Below, piece after piece: positions 31,396 through 32,000 of a stretch of DNA of 32,000 nt (positions are counted from its first letter, which is position 1; each line of letters opens with the position of its first letter). The notes beneath the pieces are model-generated. The model searched no databases. It saw only the letters and a list, made by a program, of their open reading frames with translations, and was not told the origin of the DNA. Source of the stretch: Candidatus Portiera aleyrodidarum. Lineage in GTDB: Bacteria; Pseudomonadota; Gammaproteobacteria; Johnevansiales; Johnevansiaceae. Where the stretch lies: assembly GCF_000953395.1 (NCBI RefSeq), contig NZ_LN649236.1:248823-280822 (forward strand). The letters are read 5' to 3'. A program made the position numbers and the translations under genes.

Positions 31396-31944
31396 ATGTT
31401 TAATACAATTTTTTATAAAGAAAACATTTATTCGTATAAACGAATAGAAAAAAAAAACAATAAATTAATACAAAAAATTACAGATAAATTAAAATCACGT
31501 ATATTTTATCTTGAGATTGAATTAGAAAATTCTAAAAATCAAACATTAAAATATATAGCAGATACAAAAAATTATATACGTAGAGCTGATAAAGAACTTG
31601 AAAAAACACGTAAATTTGCAATAGAAAAATTTATTAAAGAATTAATACCAGTTATAGATGGATTAGAAAAAGCTTTTGAACTTATGAAAAAAGAAAAAAT
31701 AAATAATTCTCATATAGAAGGTTTAAAACTGACCTTAAATATGCAATTAAATGTTATTAAAAAATTTGGTGTTAATCAAATTAATCCTATAGGAAAAATT
31801 TTTAATCCGTTATGTCATGAAGCCCTTGCTACTGTAAAATCTTTAACTAATAATAATACTATTATAGATGTGTTACAAAAAGGATATATTCTTAATGACC
31901 GATTATTACGTCCGGCTATGGTTATAGTTAGTAAAAATAATTAA
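31396..31944 (+). CDS. grpE: Nucleotide exchange factor GrpE
   Basis: The ORF is 182 aa. KYIADTKNYIRRADKELEKTRKFAIEKFIKELIPVIDGLEKA matches the GrpE coiled-coil/four-helix region. Other motifs: FNPLCHEA and LRPAMVIVSK. AGGA lies 8 nt upstream of the ATG. Confidence 0.92.
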   Translation: MFNTIFYKENIYSYKRIEKKNNKLIQKITDKLKSRIFYLEIELENSKNQTLKYIADTKNYIRRADKELEKTRKFAIEKFIKELIPVIDGLEKAFELMKKEKINNSHIEGLKLTLNMQLNVIKKFGVNQINPIGKIFNPLCHEALATVKSLTNNNTIIDVLQKGYILNDRLLRPAMVIVSKNN

Positions 31945-32000
31945 TGGATCCAATTATTTAAATTGGAATATATTTTTAATAGATTTCTGAGGTATTTAAT

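Noticed and set aside
31949-31977. Hairpin TCCAATT-ATTTA-AATTGGA followed 5 nt later by T5, just after the grpE stop, considered as a rho-independent terminator
   Set aside because: The stem is 7 bp with only two G:C pairs, and the T-run is short and detached from it. The structure is too weak to call, and similar ones arise by chance here.

Overview
The window is extremely AT-rich (about one fifth G+C by eye) and almost gap-free. It looks like a reduced bacterial genome, most plausibly an obligate nutritional endosymbiont in the Gammaproteobacteria. It uses the standard genetic code: TGA is a stop and TGG encodes Trp.

Plus strand, in order:
- the 3' part of gyrB
- a tRNA with a CAU anticodon
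- ilvA
- fpr
- a complete complex I operon, nuoA-B-CD-E-F-G-H-I-J-K-L-M-N
- tRNA-Thr(CGU)
- a tRNA-Phe/Gln/Thr(UGU) array
- grpE

Minus strand:
- glyQ-glyS
- dapF, lysA and argH
- one string hisB-hisH-hisA-hisF-hisC-thrB ending in an AI-2E/PerM-like membrane protein
- smpB followed by tmRNA (ssrA)

I found no mobile elements, CRISPR array, rRNA, obvious pseudogenes or defence-like genes. The longest non-coding gap is 158 bp, so there is little room for an undescribed multi-gene system. I do not claim one.

The observations worth a second look are all features of genome compaction:
- the glyS stop codon lies inside the anticodon loop of an antisense tRNA
- fpr overlaps the start of the nuo operon
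- none of the tRNAs, nor the tmRNA, encodes its 3' CCA
- convergent genes meet with no room for terminators
- A9-A10 runs sit in frame inside essential genes
- a poorly characterised permease is retained at the end of an amino-acid biosynthesis string

Everything was done by eye. RNA ends are accurate to about +/-2 nt. Protein calls rest on remembered motifs and on similarity to E. coli and Pseudomonas orthologues.
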